This document shows, in pieces, positions 9,437-19,455 of a stretch of DNA of 64,000 bases. The stretch is from an uncultured Ruminiclostridium sp. (GTDB lineage Bacteria; Bacillota; Clostridia; Oscillospirales; Ruminococcaceae). Where the stretch lies: contig CAJUQV010000018.1 in the NCBI GenBank assembly GCA_910588335.1, positions 161-64,160 on the forward strand. The letters are read 5' to 3'. Every line of letters starts with the position of its first letter. Positions within the stretch are counted from its first letter, which is position 1. Below the pieces are notes generated by a model that was not told the origin of the DNA, made no database searches, and saw only the letters and a list, made by a program, of their open reading frames with translations. A program made the translations under genes and the position numbers.

Positions 9437-10075
9437 TTATTTGTCCCTCAATTCTTTTTCTATCATTTCAACCAATTGATCTATACGCTTCTTTTTAAGC
9501 TTCATGCTCACGGTATTGACTATAAGCCGTGCGGATACGGGAGCAACGTCCTCGTATACCTCAAGACCGTTTTCCCTCAATGTGGCGCCCGTTTCCACGA
9601 TATCCACTATACCGTCCGCCAGTCCCAGAAGGGGAGCCAGCTCAACCGAGCCTTCTATTTTTACGATATCCACATCCATACCCTTGGATTCAAAAAAAGC
9701 CCTGGCAACGTTAGTGTATTTTGAAGCAACCGTCTTAACGCCGTACCCCTTGTAAAAATCATTTCCTTTTTTTCCCGCCAAGGCGAATCTGCACCTGCCG
9801 AAGCCTAAATCCACAAGTTCAAAATATTTGCCGCCGTGCTCCATTATAGTGTCTTTTCCCACTACGCCCAGATCGCACACGCCGTGTTCCACATATGTGA
9901 TAACGTCGGCGGCTTTTGCCAGAACCACCTCTATGCCGCGGCCGTTTATGGGAAGAATAAGCTTCCTGCCCTTGTCCCTGACCGCCGATACGTCAAAGTC
10001 CATGGACTCAAAAAGATTTACGGTATCTTTTTCAAGTCTGCCTTTGGTAAGTGCGATCCTGATAACGTCGTTCAT
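9437..10075 (-). CDS. hisG: ATP phosphoribosyltransferase, short (HisZ-dependent) form
   Basis: 212 aa with no C-terminal regulatory domain. Lies directly downstream of hisZ. Confidence 0.9.
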   Translation of the reverse strand: MNDVIRIALTKGRLEKDTVNLFESMDFDVSAVRDKGRKLILPINGRGIEVVLAKAADVITYVEHGVCDLGVVGKDTIMEHGGKYFELVDLGFGRCRFALAGKKGNDFYKGYGVKTVASKYTNVARAFFESKGMDVDIVKIEGSVELAPLLGLADGIVDIVETGATLRENGLEVYEDVAPVSARLIVNTVSMKLKKKRIDQLVEMIEKELRDK

Positions 10076-10121
10076 TTAACGTGCTGTCCTTTCTTTGAAC
10101 CGTTTCCGAGAGGAAAGTATT

Positions 10122-11324
10122 TTATACCTGAATTTTTGTGACATTTCCGTTTTTATCCACCCGGTCTATCAACTTAATCCCCTTTTTTCGGGCAAATTCC
10201 TTGGCTTCCTCCAGAGTTTCGTTTAAAGAATTTTCCGCCCTTATTCCATCGGCGGCAAGAGCGCGGCAATGGAGAAAGCCCTTTTGCATGGCGTCGTTTT
10301 CCGCGTATACCATAATATCAGAGGGTGCGGTTAATTCGGCGCGGTTGTTTTTAAGCAGCGCCTTTGCCACCGCGTTAATATTTACGGCAAAACCCGTGGC
10401 GGGACAAGGGAAACCGAAATCGCCCGTCAGCGCGTCGTAGCGTCCGCCCGACAAAACGGGCATTCCGTATCCCATAATATATCCGCGGAAAAGAAGCCCT
10501 GTGTAATAGTTGGCTTTGTTTACAAGGCTGAAATCCAAGGTGACTTTATCTTTTAATCCTAAAGCGCAAAGATACGCGTAAGCTTCTTTTATATCGTTAA
10601 GGGCGGATACGAGCTTTTCATCCTTAAAGATTTGTTCTGCCTTTTCAAAGACCTCGGAACCGCCAAACAGCTTGGGAAGTTCATACAGTATATCGGCTTG
10701 ATCCGAATAACCGTACTTTTCCAACGCGGTTTTTAATTCGGGAATATTTTTATTTTCAACATATTCCCTTAATCGCTCGGTTTCGTCCTCATCGTCGGTA
10801 AGCTTGGAAATAAGTATCTTAAAAAATGCACCGTCGCCTATTTCAAACCTAAAATTATCGGTTTCAAAAGTCTTTATCGCCTCTGCGGCAAGATTCAGAA
10901 TCTCCATATCGGCTTTCTTTACATTGCCGCCGATTATTTCTATTCCGCTCTGGGTTATTTCATCGTCCCGACCGCTGTCCTTTGGGTTTATCCTGAAAAT
11001 ATTTTGGCTGTAAAAAAGCTTTAAGGGGTGGATTTCGTCTTTAAGCCTTGTGGCGGCCAGCCGCGCTATCGGCATGGTAGAGTCGGGTCGGATAACCATA
11101 AGTCTTCCCTTTCCGTCGGAAAGCTTATACATGGTCTCCTGAGCAAAATAGCGGGATTTAAGCATAAAAACGTCATAAAACTCCACTCCCGGAGTTATCA
11201 CTTCGGAATAACCGTAATTTTCAAAAAGTCGCCGTAGCTTCTCTTCGGCGGTACGTCTGGCCACGCTTTCATCAAAAAGCAGATCCCTCGTACCCTCTGG
11301 GGTTATCAAATCATATTTTCTCAT
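10122..11324 (-). CDS. hisZ: ATP phosphoribosyltransferase regulatory subunit (HisRS paralog)
   Basis: HisS-like class II core without an anticodon domain. I prefer the ATG at 11324 (MRKYDLITPEGTRDLLF) over the ORF-track start at 11369. Confidence 0.85.
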   Translation of the reverse strand: MRKYDLITPEGTRDLLFDESVARRTAEEKLRRLFENYGYSEVITPGVEFYDVFMLKSRYFAQETMYKLSDGKGRLMVIRPDSTMPIARLAATRLKDEIHPLKLFYSQNIFRINPKDSGRDDEITQSGIEIIGGNVKKADMEILNLAAEAIKTFETDNFRFEIGDGAFFKILISKLTDDEDETERLREYVENKNIPELKTALEKYGYSDQADILYELPKLFGGSEVFEKAEQIFKDEKLVSALNDIKEAYAYLCALGLKDKVTLDFSLVNKANYYTGLLFRGYIMGYGMPVLSGGRYDALTGDFGFPCPATGFAVNINAVAKALLKNNRAELTAPSDIMVYAENDAMQKGFLHCRALAADGIRAENSLNETLEEAKEFARKKGIKLIDRVDKNGNVTKIQV

Positions 11325-11359
11325 ATACGTATCTTCCCACTTCGCTTTAATGTAGTAAT

Positions 11360-11388
11360 ATAATATCACATTGCCTCAAAAAAATCAA
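11360..11388 (-). promoter_or_regulatory. candidate promoter of the his operon
   Basis: Minus strand TTGATT-17 nt-TATTAT. The leader to the hisZ ATG is only about 35 nt, leaving no room for a T-box. Confidence 0.4.
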
Positions 11389-11457
11389 GCGCCTTTACAA
11401 AGCTTTGTTAATGCTTCCAAAAAAAATCAACAATAAGGATAAAAACAGTCCAATAAA

Positions 11458-14400
11458 TCAAAAGAAAGTCATCTGAGCCGATTTATCCAGTCCCTCAAAC
11501 ACATTCATATCCTCTAATTTCTGCATAACGGATTTATTTATGCCGCTTTCTATCTGAATATCCTCTACGCTTACGAAATTATTTTTTCCGATAGTCTCCT
11601 TTAAGCTTCTTGCCGCGTTTTCACCGCAGCCGTCGATAGCAAGCAGAGGAAGTCTCAGGTCGCCGTTTTCAATAACGTATTTTGTGGCGTCGCTTTTAAG
11701 ATAGTGAACGGGCAGGAAGTGTATTCCTCTGTTCATCATCTCGTATATCAGAAGATACGCTTCAACCATGGACTGCTCTTTCGCACTGGCGTCGGGATTG
11801 GACTGTATTTGCTGTATGCGGCTTTTAACGGCGCTTTTTCCGCCCATTACGGTTTTTATCTCAATATTTTCGGTATGTTTTGTAAGAATTGCGGCGTAAA
11901 ACTCGGAGGGGCGATTAACCTTGAACCAGCCTAATTTTACCGCCCCGGTAACATAAGCGGCGGCGTGAGCCTTTGGAAACATATACTTTATCTTTTTGCA
12001 GCTTTCCACGTACCAGTCGGGAACGTTGTTTTCCTTAAAGGCGTTGTATATGGTATCGTCAAAAAGCTTTTTGGCGTTGCCCTTACGTGTTATTTCCATT
12101 ATTTTAAAGGCAAGACTCGGCTCTACCCCTTTGTGAAGCAGATAAACCATTATATTGTCACGGGTACCTATTACTTCGGAAATAGTACAGGTACCGTTGG
12201 CGATAAGATCCTTGGCATTGCCCACATATACGTCGGTTCCGTGAGAAAGACCCGAAATCTGCAAAAGGTCGGAAAAAAGCTTGGGCTGTGAATCCTTAAG
12301 CATCTGTATAGTGAAGTTGGTTCCGAATTCGGGCAGTCCGTATGTACCCAACGGTAGCAAAACCGGGTCTTCTTCCTCAAATTTAAGCGCTTTTGTTGAG
12401 GTAAAAAGACTTATAACATCTTTATCCGAAACGGGAACGTCGGCTATTTTAATTCCGGTGCTGTCCTCAAGATGCTTGTAAAGTGTAGGAACATCGTGTC
12501 CCAGTTCGTCAAGCTTAAGTATGGTATCATGAAGGGCGTGGAAATCAAAGTGGGTGGTTATAACTCCCTTGGTGGCGTCGTCGGCAGGTCTTTGCACCGG
12601 TGAAAAATCGTATATTTCATATGTGTCGGGAACCACTACCATTCCGCCGGGATGCTGAGAAGTGGTGCGCTTTACTCCGGTAAATCCGAGAGCGAGACGG
12701 GTCATCTCCGCGTTGTTGTAAACCGTACCGCGCTCCGCAGCATATTTTTTTACAAAACCGAAGGCGGTTTTTTCCTGAATGGCGGAAATGGTGCCCGCCT
12801 TGAATACGTGATCCTTACCGAACAGCTCTTCGGTATAGCGATGGGACTGCGCCTGATATTCGCCGCTGAAATTTAGGTCTATATCGGGAGCTTTATCTCC
12901 CTTGAAGCCCAAAAAGGTTTCAAAGGGAATATCGTGTCCGTCGCATTCCATAGGCGTACCGCATATAGGACAGTTTTTAGATGGCAGGTCGTAACCCGAC
13001 TGTACCGAACCATCGGTTATAAATTCGGTATGGCGGCATTTTCCGCACCTGTAATGGGGAGGAAGCGGATTTACCTCGGAAATTCCCGACATTGTTGCTA
13101 CGAGAGAGGAGCCGACAGAACCTCTTGAGCCTACCGCGTAGCCGCATTCATTGGATTTATGGACTAACTTCTGCGCAATCATATAAAGAACGGAAAATCC
13201 GTATTTTATGATAGCGTCAAGTTCCTTTTTAAGACGATTCTTTACCGTATCGGGAAGCTCGTCGCCGTAAAGCTCGTGCGCCTTGTTCCAGCAGAGATCC
13301 TGTAGCTCCTGCTCCGCACCCTCGATAAACGGGGTATAGGTGCCTTTGGGTATAGGCCTTATATCCTCCACCATATCGGCAATTTTATTGGTATTGGTTA
13401 CCACCACCTCAAAGGCCTTTTCTTCGCCGAGATAAGCGAATTCCTCTAGCATTTCATCGGTAGTGCGAAGATATAAAGGCGCCTGCTGACCCGCGTCGGT
13501 GTAGCCTTGTCCCGCCTGCAATATCTCTCTGAAAACGGCGTCGCTTTTATTCATAAAGTGAACGTCGCAGGTGGCCACAACAGGCTTGTTTAGCTTTTCG
13601 CCAAGCTGTACTATCTTTCGGTTATATTCCTTAAGTATTTCTTCGGAGGAAACCTTGTTTTCTCGGAGCAAAAAGTTATTGTTTCCGATAGGCTGTATTT
13701 CAAGAAAATCGTAGAAGGATACTGTCTCTTCTATGGATTCCTCGGATTTTCCGTTAATTATAGCCTGATAAAGCTCGCCCGCTTCGCAGGCGCTGCCGAT
13801 AATAAGACCCTCGCGGTGGTTTTTCAGCTCCGACATGGGGATACGGGGCTTTTTATGAAAATAATCAAGGTTGGAAAAGGAAATAAGTTTGTATAGATTT
13901 TTAAGACCGGTATTGTTTTTGGCAATAATTATCTGATGATAGGTGGGCATTTTCTTAACGTCCACGTTGCCTAAAACTATATTAAGATCGCCTAACTTTT
14001 CGATTGCTCTTCCCTTCTGCGAAAGCCCGATAAGCTTTATAAAAACGTTCGCCAGCATTTTTGCGTCGTCAATGGCTCTGTGATGGTTGAAATCTCCCAA
14101 CCCGAACTCGGCCGCCATTGCGTCAAGCGTGTGCTTTTTCTTGTTGGGAATTGCCGCGCGGCAGAGCTTAAGGCTGTCTATGGCGGGATTTCGGTAATTT
14201 ATCTTATTCCTTTCGCAAGCTATGCGTATAAAAGAGGTATCAAAATCCGAATTATGAGCGATAAGAGGAGCGTCGCCGCAAAATTCGAGAAATTTTCTCA
14301 CCGCTTCCCCCTCGGAAGGAGCATCCTCTACCATTGCGTCGGTAATTCCGGTAAGCTCGGTTATATTTTCGGGAATAGGGCGTTCGGGGTTTACAAAGGT

Positions 14401-15879
14401 GCCAAACTCCTCCGCTATTTCCATATTTATAAGCTTTACCGCCCCGATTTCGGTAATACGGTCGGTTTCTCTTGAAAGTCCGGTGGTTTCTATATCGAAA
14501 ACAATTATTTCATCGTATATGGAACGATTTGTACACCCTTCCACCAATGAGTGTCCGTCGTTTACAAAATATGCTTCCATTCCGAACAGCACCTTAAATT
14601 TAGTGTCCGGATTGTTTTTGCGTATATCGTTTAAAGCGTTCATTGCGTCGGGATAAGCCTGTACATTGCCGTGGTCGGTTATTGCAACGGCTTTGTGTCC
14701 CCAGTTAAAAGCGCGCTTTACCAGAGCCCCCACCGGAGTGATGGCGTCAAGATCGGACATATTGGTGTGCATATGAAGCTCAACGCGCTTTACCGGAGCA
14801 TTGTCTGTTTTCTCCTTTTTCTTTACCCGCATTATGGACTTGGGATCAACGTAAAGGGACTTTGTGAAATCGTCCATCTTAACGTCTCCGTTTACCAGAA
14901 GCACCGTTCCCTTTTTAACAAATCCGTAATCGCCCATCTTATCCGAAGGAGTAAATATACGCAGTATCTGGGAATTGGTGTAATCGGTAAAATAAGCGGT
15001 CAGTATAACAAATTCACCGTTTTTTATCGTTTTTTCCTCAACGCTGAATACCTCTCCCCAAAGGGTAACATTGTTGGCGGCTTCATATACTTCCCTCATT
15101 TCAGTCGGTATATCGTTTATTGCCTTTCCTGCCAGAAGCTCCGCATCGGTTTGAAAAAACTCGCTTTCAAACATCAAAGGCATTTTTTCCGGTTCGGACA
15201 AAACATTAAGACGCGCTCTCCGCTGAGGCCGCCCGTTTCCGTCTCCTCCCGCGCTGCCGCCGCTGCCTTTGGAATAGCCCCCGCCGTAGCCACCTTTAAC
15301 GGATGACGGAGGCGGCGCTGGTTCCGTATGCATAAATGCTTCGGGCGGCGGAGGGGGAAGTCCTGCCTCGTCAAGCCGCAGCTTTTCCTCCCTGTTTTCT
15401 ATATCCACAGCCTTTATACCGTCAAATATTATATTTATGTCCACGTCAAAGTACCCTTTGGCGTATTTTTCTATTTCTCTGTCAATGTGTCCTTCCGATA
15501 AAATATCGGCGCCGCCGTTTTTCAGTGTAATTTCATATGTACCGTCGCCCTCCGATATTTCAGCGTTTTTAAGGTAACCGTTGATTTTTCCGGTGAGAGA
15601 CGGTTTAGCGTGAAGTAAATCTATAATGTGATATATTCTGTCAGAGGAAAACAAAACGGAAGGATATTTCGGAAAAATTTCCGCCGTTTTTATTTCAAGA
15701 TTTTCTTTGATTTTCTCCGCGGCGGACAATATCAGAGAGGATTCCGGCACGTCTTCCATGGAAAGCTGAAGCAAAAGTCCCTTGCTCACGCTATTGTAAA
15801 TAATGGAAGTTACCTCACCGCCGCCGGTTATCTCGTCGAATACTAAATTGACAAACAGATCTTTTAATTTTTTTGACAT
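11458..15879 (-). CDS. polC: DNA polymerase III PolC-type (Gram-positive replicase)
   Basis: 1473 aa with PHP motif VELHMHTNMS, 3'-5' exonuclease motifs FDIETTGL / HNSDFDTSF / HRAIDDA, and a Zn module CGKCRH..CPICG. Confidence 0.97.
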   Translation of the reverse strand: MSKKLKDLFVNLVFDEITGGGEVTSIIYNSVSKGLLLQLSMEDVPESSLILSAAEKIKENLEIKTAEIFPKYPSVLFSSDRIYHIIDLLHAKPSLTGKINGYLKNAEISEGDGTYEITLKNGGADILSEGHIDREIEKYAKGYFDVDINIIFDGIKAVDIENREEKLRLDEAGLPPPPPEAFMHTEPAPPPSSVKGGYGGGYSKGSGGSAGGDGNGRPQRRARLNVLSEPEKMPLMFESEFFQTDAELLAGKAINDIPTEMREVYEAANNVTLWGEVFSVEEKTIKNGEFVILTAYFTDYTNSQILRIFTPSDKMGDYGFVKKGTVLLVNGDVKMDDFTKSLYVDPKSIMRVKKKEKTDNAPVKRVELHMHTNMSDLDAITPVGALVKRAFNWGHKAVAITDHGNVQAYPDAMNALNDIRKNNPDTKFKVLFGMEAYFVNDGHSLVEGCTNRSIYDEIIVFDIETTGLSRETDRITEIGAVKLINMEIAEEFGTFVNPERPIPENITELTGITDAMVEDAPSEGEAVRKFLEFCGDAPLIAHNSDFDTSFIRIACERNKINYRNPAIDSLKLCRAAIPNKKKHTLDAMAAEFGLGDFNHHRAIDDAKMLANVFIKLIGLSQKGRAIEKLGDLNIVLGNVDVKKMPTYHQIIIAKNNTGLKNLYKLISFSNLDYFHKKPRIPMSELKNHREGLIIGSACEAGELYQAIINGKSEESIEETVSFYDFLEIQPIGNNNFLLRENKVSSEEILKEYNRKIVQLGEKLNKPVVATCDVHFMNKSDAVFREILQAGQGYTDAGQQAPLYLRTTDEMLEEFAYLGEEKAFEVVVTNTNKIADMVEDIRPIPKGTYTPFIEGAEQELQDLCWNKAHELYGDELPDTVKNRLKKELDAIIKYGFSVLYMIAQKLVHKSNECGYAVGSRGSVGSSLVATMSGISEVNPLPPHYRCGKCRHTEFITDGSVQSGYDLPSKNCPICGTPMECDGHDIPFETFLGFKGDKAPDIDLNFSGEYQAQSHRYTEELFGKDHVFKAGTISAIQEKTAFGFVKKYAAERGTVYNNAEMTRLALGFTGVKRTTSQHPGGMVVVPDTYEIYDFSPVQRPADDATKGVITTHFDFHALHDTILKLDELGHDVPTLYKHLEDSTGIKIADVPVSDKDVISLFTSTKALKFEEEDPVLLPLGTYGLPEFGTNFTIQMLKDSQPKLFSDLLQISGLSHGTDVYVGNAKDLIANGTCTISEVIGTRDNIMVYLLHKGVEPSLAFKIMEITRKGNAKKLFDDTIYNAFKENNVPDWYVESCKKIKYMFPKAHAAAYVTGAVKLGWFKVNRPSEFYAAILTKHTENIEIKTVMGGKSAVKSRIQQIQSNPDASAKEQSMVEAYLLIYEMMNRGIHFLPVHYLKSDATKYVIENGDLRLPLLAIDGCGENAARSLKETIGKNNFVSVEDIQIESGINKSVMQKLEDMNVFEGLDKSAQMTFF

Positions 15880-15896
15880 TCCTGATTCCCTTTCGG

Positions 15897-16931
15897 TTAC
15901 ATCTTTTTAATTTCATCCATCAGCGCGGTCAAAAGCTTGTTCTCCGGAACCTTGCTTATTATCTCGCCTTTTTTAAAGATAAGACCTTCTCCCTTTCCCC
16001 CCGCTATTCCTATATCCGCTTCCTTAGCTTCTCCCGGCCCGTTGACCACGCAGCCCATAACCGCTATCTTTATATTTTTATGTATATCCGCCGTAAGCTC
16101 CTCAACCTTATGCGCCAAACCGATAAGATCAATCTGCGTCCTGCCGCAGGTGGGGCAGGACACTATCTCAACCGTATTTTTTCCCTTTCCCACAGCGGTG
16201 AGTATATCCTTTGCAGCTTTTATTTCGAGGAGCGGAGCCTCGGTGAGCGATACTCTTATCGTGTCCCCTATTCCGTCGCAAAGCAGAGAACCTATCCCGA
16301 CAGCGGATTTTATTATTCCCATTCTTTCAGTGCCAGCTTCGGTCACCCCAAGATGAAGAGGATAATCGCATATCTTGTCAAGCTTTCTGTAAGCCTCGAT
16401 CATAACAGGAACGGACGACGCCTTTATTGAAATGACAATGTCCCGAAAATCGCAGGTTTCCAATATTTTAACGTGTTTCATGGCGCTTTCCACAAGCGCA
16501 TCGGCGCAGGGAGCGCCGTATTTTTTCAGTATCTCCTTTTCCACAGAACCGGAATTTACCCCGATTCTTATGGGAATACCTCTCGCACCACAGGCTCCCG
16601 TGACGGCTCTTACTTTTTCCTCCGAGCCTATGTTTCCGGGGTTTATTCTGAGCTTGTCCACTCCTGCCTTGGCGCATTCCAAAGCGATTTTATAGTCGAA
16701 ATGTATATCCGCCACAAGCGGTATTGTAATTTTGTTTTTAATGGCGTAAATAAGCCTTACCGCTTCCGGTCTCGGAACCGACACCCTCACTATTTCACAG
16801 CCCGCACGCTCCAACTCCTCGGCCTGTTTTACATTGCCCTCCGTATCCTCGTACGGAACATTCAGCATTGACTGTATATAAATATTCCCGTCCCCTAAAG
16901 TGAGATTTCCCACCTTGACTTTTCTTTTCAT
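15897..16931 (-). CDS. ispG: 4-hydroxy-3-methylbut-2-en-1-yl diphosphate synthase
   Basis: 344 aa with a GcpE fold signature and Fe-S cysteines (SCPTCGR, GCVVNGPGE). Confidence 0.93.
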   Translation of the reverse strand: MKRKVKVGNLTLGDGNIYIQSMLNVPYEDTEGNVKQAEELERAGCEIVRVSVPRPEAVRLIYAIKNKITIPLVADIHFDYKIALECAKAGVDKLRINPGNIGSEEKVRAVTGACGARGIPIRIGVNSGSVEKEILKKYGAPCADALVESAMKHVKILETCDFRDIVISIKASSVPVMIEAYRKLDKICDYPLHLGVTEAGTERMGIIKSAVGIGSLLCDGIGDTIRVSLTEAPLLEIKAAKDILTAVGKGKNTVEIVSCPTCGRTQIDLIGLAHKVEELTADIHKNIKIAVMGCVVNGPGEAKEADIGIAGGKGEGLIFKKGEIISKVPENKLLTALMDEIKKM

Positions 16932-16996
16932 TTTAAATACCCTTTCGCATCAAGAAGTACGCCTGCCGAAAAAAGAAGGCAATACTCCCCCCAAAA

Positions 16997-18070
16997 TTAA
17001 CCGCCGGTAATAAGCCTTACTATATCGTTGAAAGTGACCACAAGCATAAGAACCATCAGCGCGGCAAAGCCTATAAAATGCACCATTCCCTCATGTTCGG
17101 GCTTCATCGGCTTTCGTCTTATAAGTTCAATTATCAGGAATATTATCCTGCTTCCGTCCAAAGCGGGAACGGGAAGCAGATTGAAAATGCCTAAATTTAT
17201 AGTTATCAGCGCAATCATCGACATAAGATTCATAACATTTTCCTTGAAATTTGCTCCGGCGGTGGCGGTCTGCGAGATAACCGAAACTGTTCCAACGGGA
17301 CCCGAAAGCTCGTTAAGACCGTAAGTGCCCTTCAAAAGGTCGATAAGCGATACCCATACCAATCTTCCGTAGGTAGCCGCCTCTTTAAAGCTGTATACGA
17401 AAATATTTTTGAAATCAACATGATAAGCGCTTACATAAAAGTCGAAAATAACGCTTGACTTTCCATACTCTCCGGGATTTAGTGCAAATTGCACGTTATT
17501 GAGAGTAACTGTCTCTCCCCCTCTTTTCACCTTAAAATCATAGGTCATATATTCCTGATGAGGGTCGGCTTTCATTGCACTGTTCTGAAGCGCATAAGAT
17601 ATATCCATGTAGCTCCAGATTGTGTGGCCGTTTATTTCAAGTATTTCGTCTCCTACCTGTAAGTATTGATTTGAAACCGGGGTTTCTCCTCTAAAGCTGT
17701 CTATTCTTGAGCTTACCACTTTTCCGCTTACCAAAATAACTATCGCACACACTATTATTCCCAAAATAAGATTCATAACGGGACCAGCCGCCAAAACCAC
17801 AATACGCTGCCACACGGGTCTGTTTCTGAAGCTACGGGGATCGTCGCTTTCTTCGTCTTCTCCCAACTGTACGGAACCGCCTATGGGGAGCAGCTTAACT
17901 GTGTAAAGAGTCTCCTTACCCTGCTTCTTAAATATACGCGGTCCCATTCCCAGCGAAAACTCGCTGACCTTCATTCCGCAGGCCTTTGCAGCGAAAAAGT
18001 GTCCCATCTCGTGAATGATGATGATAGCGCAAAACGCGAGAATTGCCAATAAAATCATTACAAAACCCAT
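16997..18070 (-). CDS. rseP: RIP metalloprotease RseP/RasP (M50 site-2 protease)
   Basis: HEMGHF zinc motif, a PDZ-like middle region and C-terminal NLLPVPALDG. Start moved to the ATG at 18070, which has the RBS AAAGGAAG. Confidence 0.85.
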   Translation of the reverse strand: MGFVMILLAILAFCAIIIIHEMGHFFAAKACGMKVSEFSLGMGPRIFKKQGKETLYTVKLLPIGGSVQLGEDEESDDPRSFRNRPVWQRIVVLAAGPVMNLILGIIVCAIVILVSGKVVSSRIDSFRGETPVSNQYLQVGDEILEINGHTIWSYMDISYALQNSAMKADPHQEYMTYDFKVKRGGETVTLNNVQFALNPGEYGKSSVIFDFYVSAYHVDFKNIFVYSFKEAATYGRLVWVSLIDLLKGTYGLNELSGPVGTVSVISQTATAGANFKENVMNLMSMIALITINLGIFNLLPVPALDGSRIIFLIIELIRRKPMKPEHEGMVHFIGFAALMVLMLVVTFNDIVRLITGG

Positions 18071-18113
18071 AAAACTTCCTTTCAAACAGTTATAATCATT
18101 GATTTTCAATCAT

Positions 18114-19238
18114 TTATTTAAGTCTTTCTTCCGTTTCCCTTTCCGTTTCAATAATTATGTCTGTGTCAATCGCTTTGGAAAAGCAAACGTTTTCCATTGC
18201 CCATGCTATCTTTTCGGGAATTTCGCAGAAGCTTAATTTATCACGCAAAAACATATCAACCGCGATCTCGTTGGCTTTGTTTATTATACAAGGCATATTT
18301 CCGCCCTTTTTCAGAGCCGAACGAGCCAGACCTATACAGGAAAAAACCTTTTCGTCGGGTTTTTCAAAGGTCATTGTAATGTCAAAAAGAGAGAGAGGCT
18401 TCGCACAGGAAGAACAGCGTTTGGGATAAGTTAAAGCAAGCTGTATCGGGATACGCATATCCGGAACCCCCATCTGACCTATAACCGAGCCATCCTCAAA
18501 CTCCACCGCAGAATGGAGTATGCTCTGAGGGTGAACCACTATCTCAACTTGTTCGGGAAGCACGTCAAACAGCCATACCGCTTCTATCAGCTCAAGACCT
18601 TTGTTCATCATTGTAGCGCTGTCCACGGTTATCTTGGCTCCCATACTCCAATTAGGGTGTTTAAGCGCCTGTTCTTTTGTCACGAATTTAAGCTTATCCT
18701 TCGTATAACCTCGGAAAGGACCTCCGGAAGCGGTAAGTATCAGTTTTTTCGGTTTATTTTCTCCGCGTCCCATTAAACACTGAAATATCGCAGAGTGTTC
18801 GCTGTCTATCGGCAAAAGATCTGTTCCCTTTTCTTTTACAAGATCGGTTATTATTTCCCCTCCTACCACAAGGCTTTCCTTGTTTGCAAGTGCAAGTCTG
18901 TTACCTGCGCCTACGGCGGATAATGTAGGGGCAAAGCCCGCCATTCCGACAATTGCGTTTACAACGGTGTCACATGGCAGAGAAGCAAGTGCGCAAAGTC
19001 CTTCTTTTCCGCACAAAAGCTCAATACCTTTTCCGCTTAAACGTGATTTTAAATCACAGTATTTGCTTTCATCAGCAATACATACATATTCCGGTGAAAA
19101 TTCTTCCGCCTGCCTTATCAACAGATCCACATTGTTTCCGGCGGACAAAGCCTTTACATTTATATTATGCAGCTTTGCCACATCTAATGCCTGTGTTCCG
19201 ATAGAACCTGTGGACCCCAACAAAACTATATCCTTCAT
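18114..19238 (-). CDS. dxr: 1-deoxy-D-xylulose 5-phosphate reductoisomerase
   Basis: 374 aa with N-terminal GSTGSIG and the DSEHSAIFQC motif. Confidence 0.93.
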   Translation of the reverse strand: MKDIVLLGSTGSIGTQALDVAKLHNINVKALSAGNNVDLLIRQAEEFSPEYVCIADESKYCDLKSRLSGKGIELLCGKEGLCALASLPCDTVVNAIVGMAGFAPTLSAVGAGNRLALANKESLVVGGEIITDLVKEKGTDLLPIDSEHSAIFQCLMGRGENKPKKLILTASGGPFRGYTKDKLKFVTKEQALKHPNWSMGAKITVDSATMMNKGLELIEAVWLFDVLPEQVEIVVHPQSILHSAVEFEDGSVIGQMGVPDMRIPIQLALTYPKRCSSCAKPLSLFDITMTFEKPDEKVFSCIGLARSALKKGGNMPCIINKANEIAVDMFLRDKLSFCEIPEKIAWAMENVCFSKAIDTDIIIETERETEERLK

Positions 19239-19280
19239 ATAAGTTAACGCCGCGTGCCAAAAAACTTCTTCCGAAAAAAT

Positions 19281-19407
19281 CAGGAAACCTGTTTTTATAA
19301 GAAACCGCAGCCGACACGATATTGTTAAAAACTTCGATAGTTTTAAACACTTTCAACATAGTTTTCAACAATTGCCGCGAAAAACTCTTATAAAAACAGG
19401 TCAGGAA
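19281..19407. repeat. 115-bp imperfect palindrome (MITE-like) flanked by a CAGGAA direct repeat, in the cdsA-dxr spacer
   Basis: Perfect 15-bp arms ACCTGTTTTTATAAG (19287-19301) and CTTATAAAAACAGGT (19387-19401). The interior is also partly self-complementary (ATTGTTAAAAACT vs AGTTTTCAACAAT). CAGGAA occurs at 19281-19286 and again at 19402-19407. Confidence 0.6.
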
Positions 19408-19455
19408 CAAGTTTCAGCTATAATTCGACATTTTTCCTCCTATGTCACAATAATT

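Noticed and set aside
15214-15363. Pro/Gly-rich 50-aa insertion in PolC (GLPPPPPEAFMHTEPAPPPSSVKGGYGGGYSKGSGGSAGGDGNGRPQRR), visibly GC-richer than its surroundings. It was considered as an intein or mobile insertion.
   Set aside because: There are no intein splicing motifs (no Cys/Ser-...-HN-Cys boundary) and no repeats at the edges. It sits at the known variable linker between the PolC N-terminal domain and the OB domain, so it is most simply a disordered linker.
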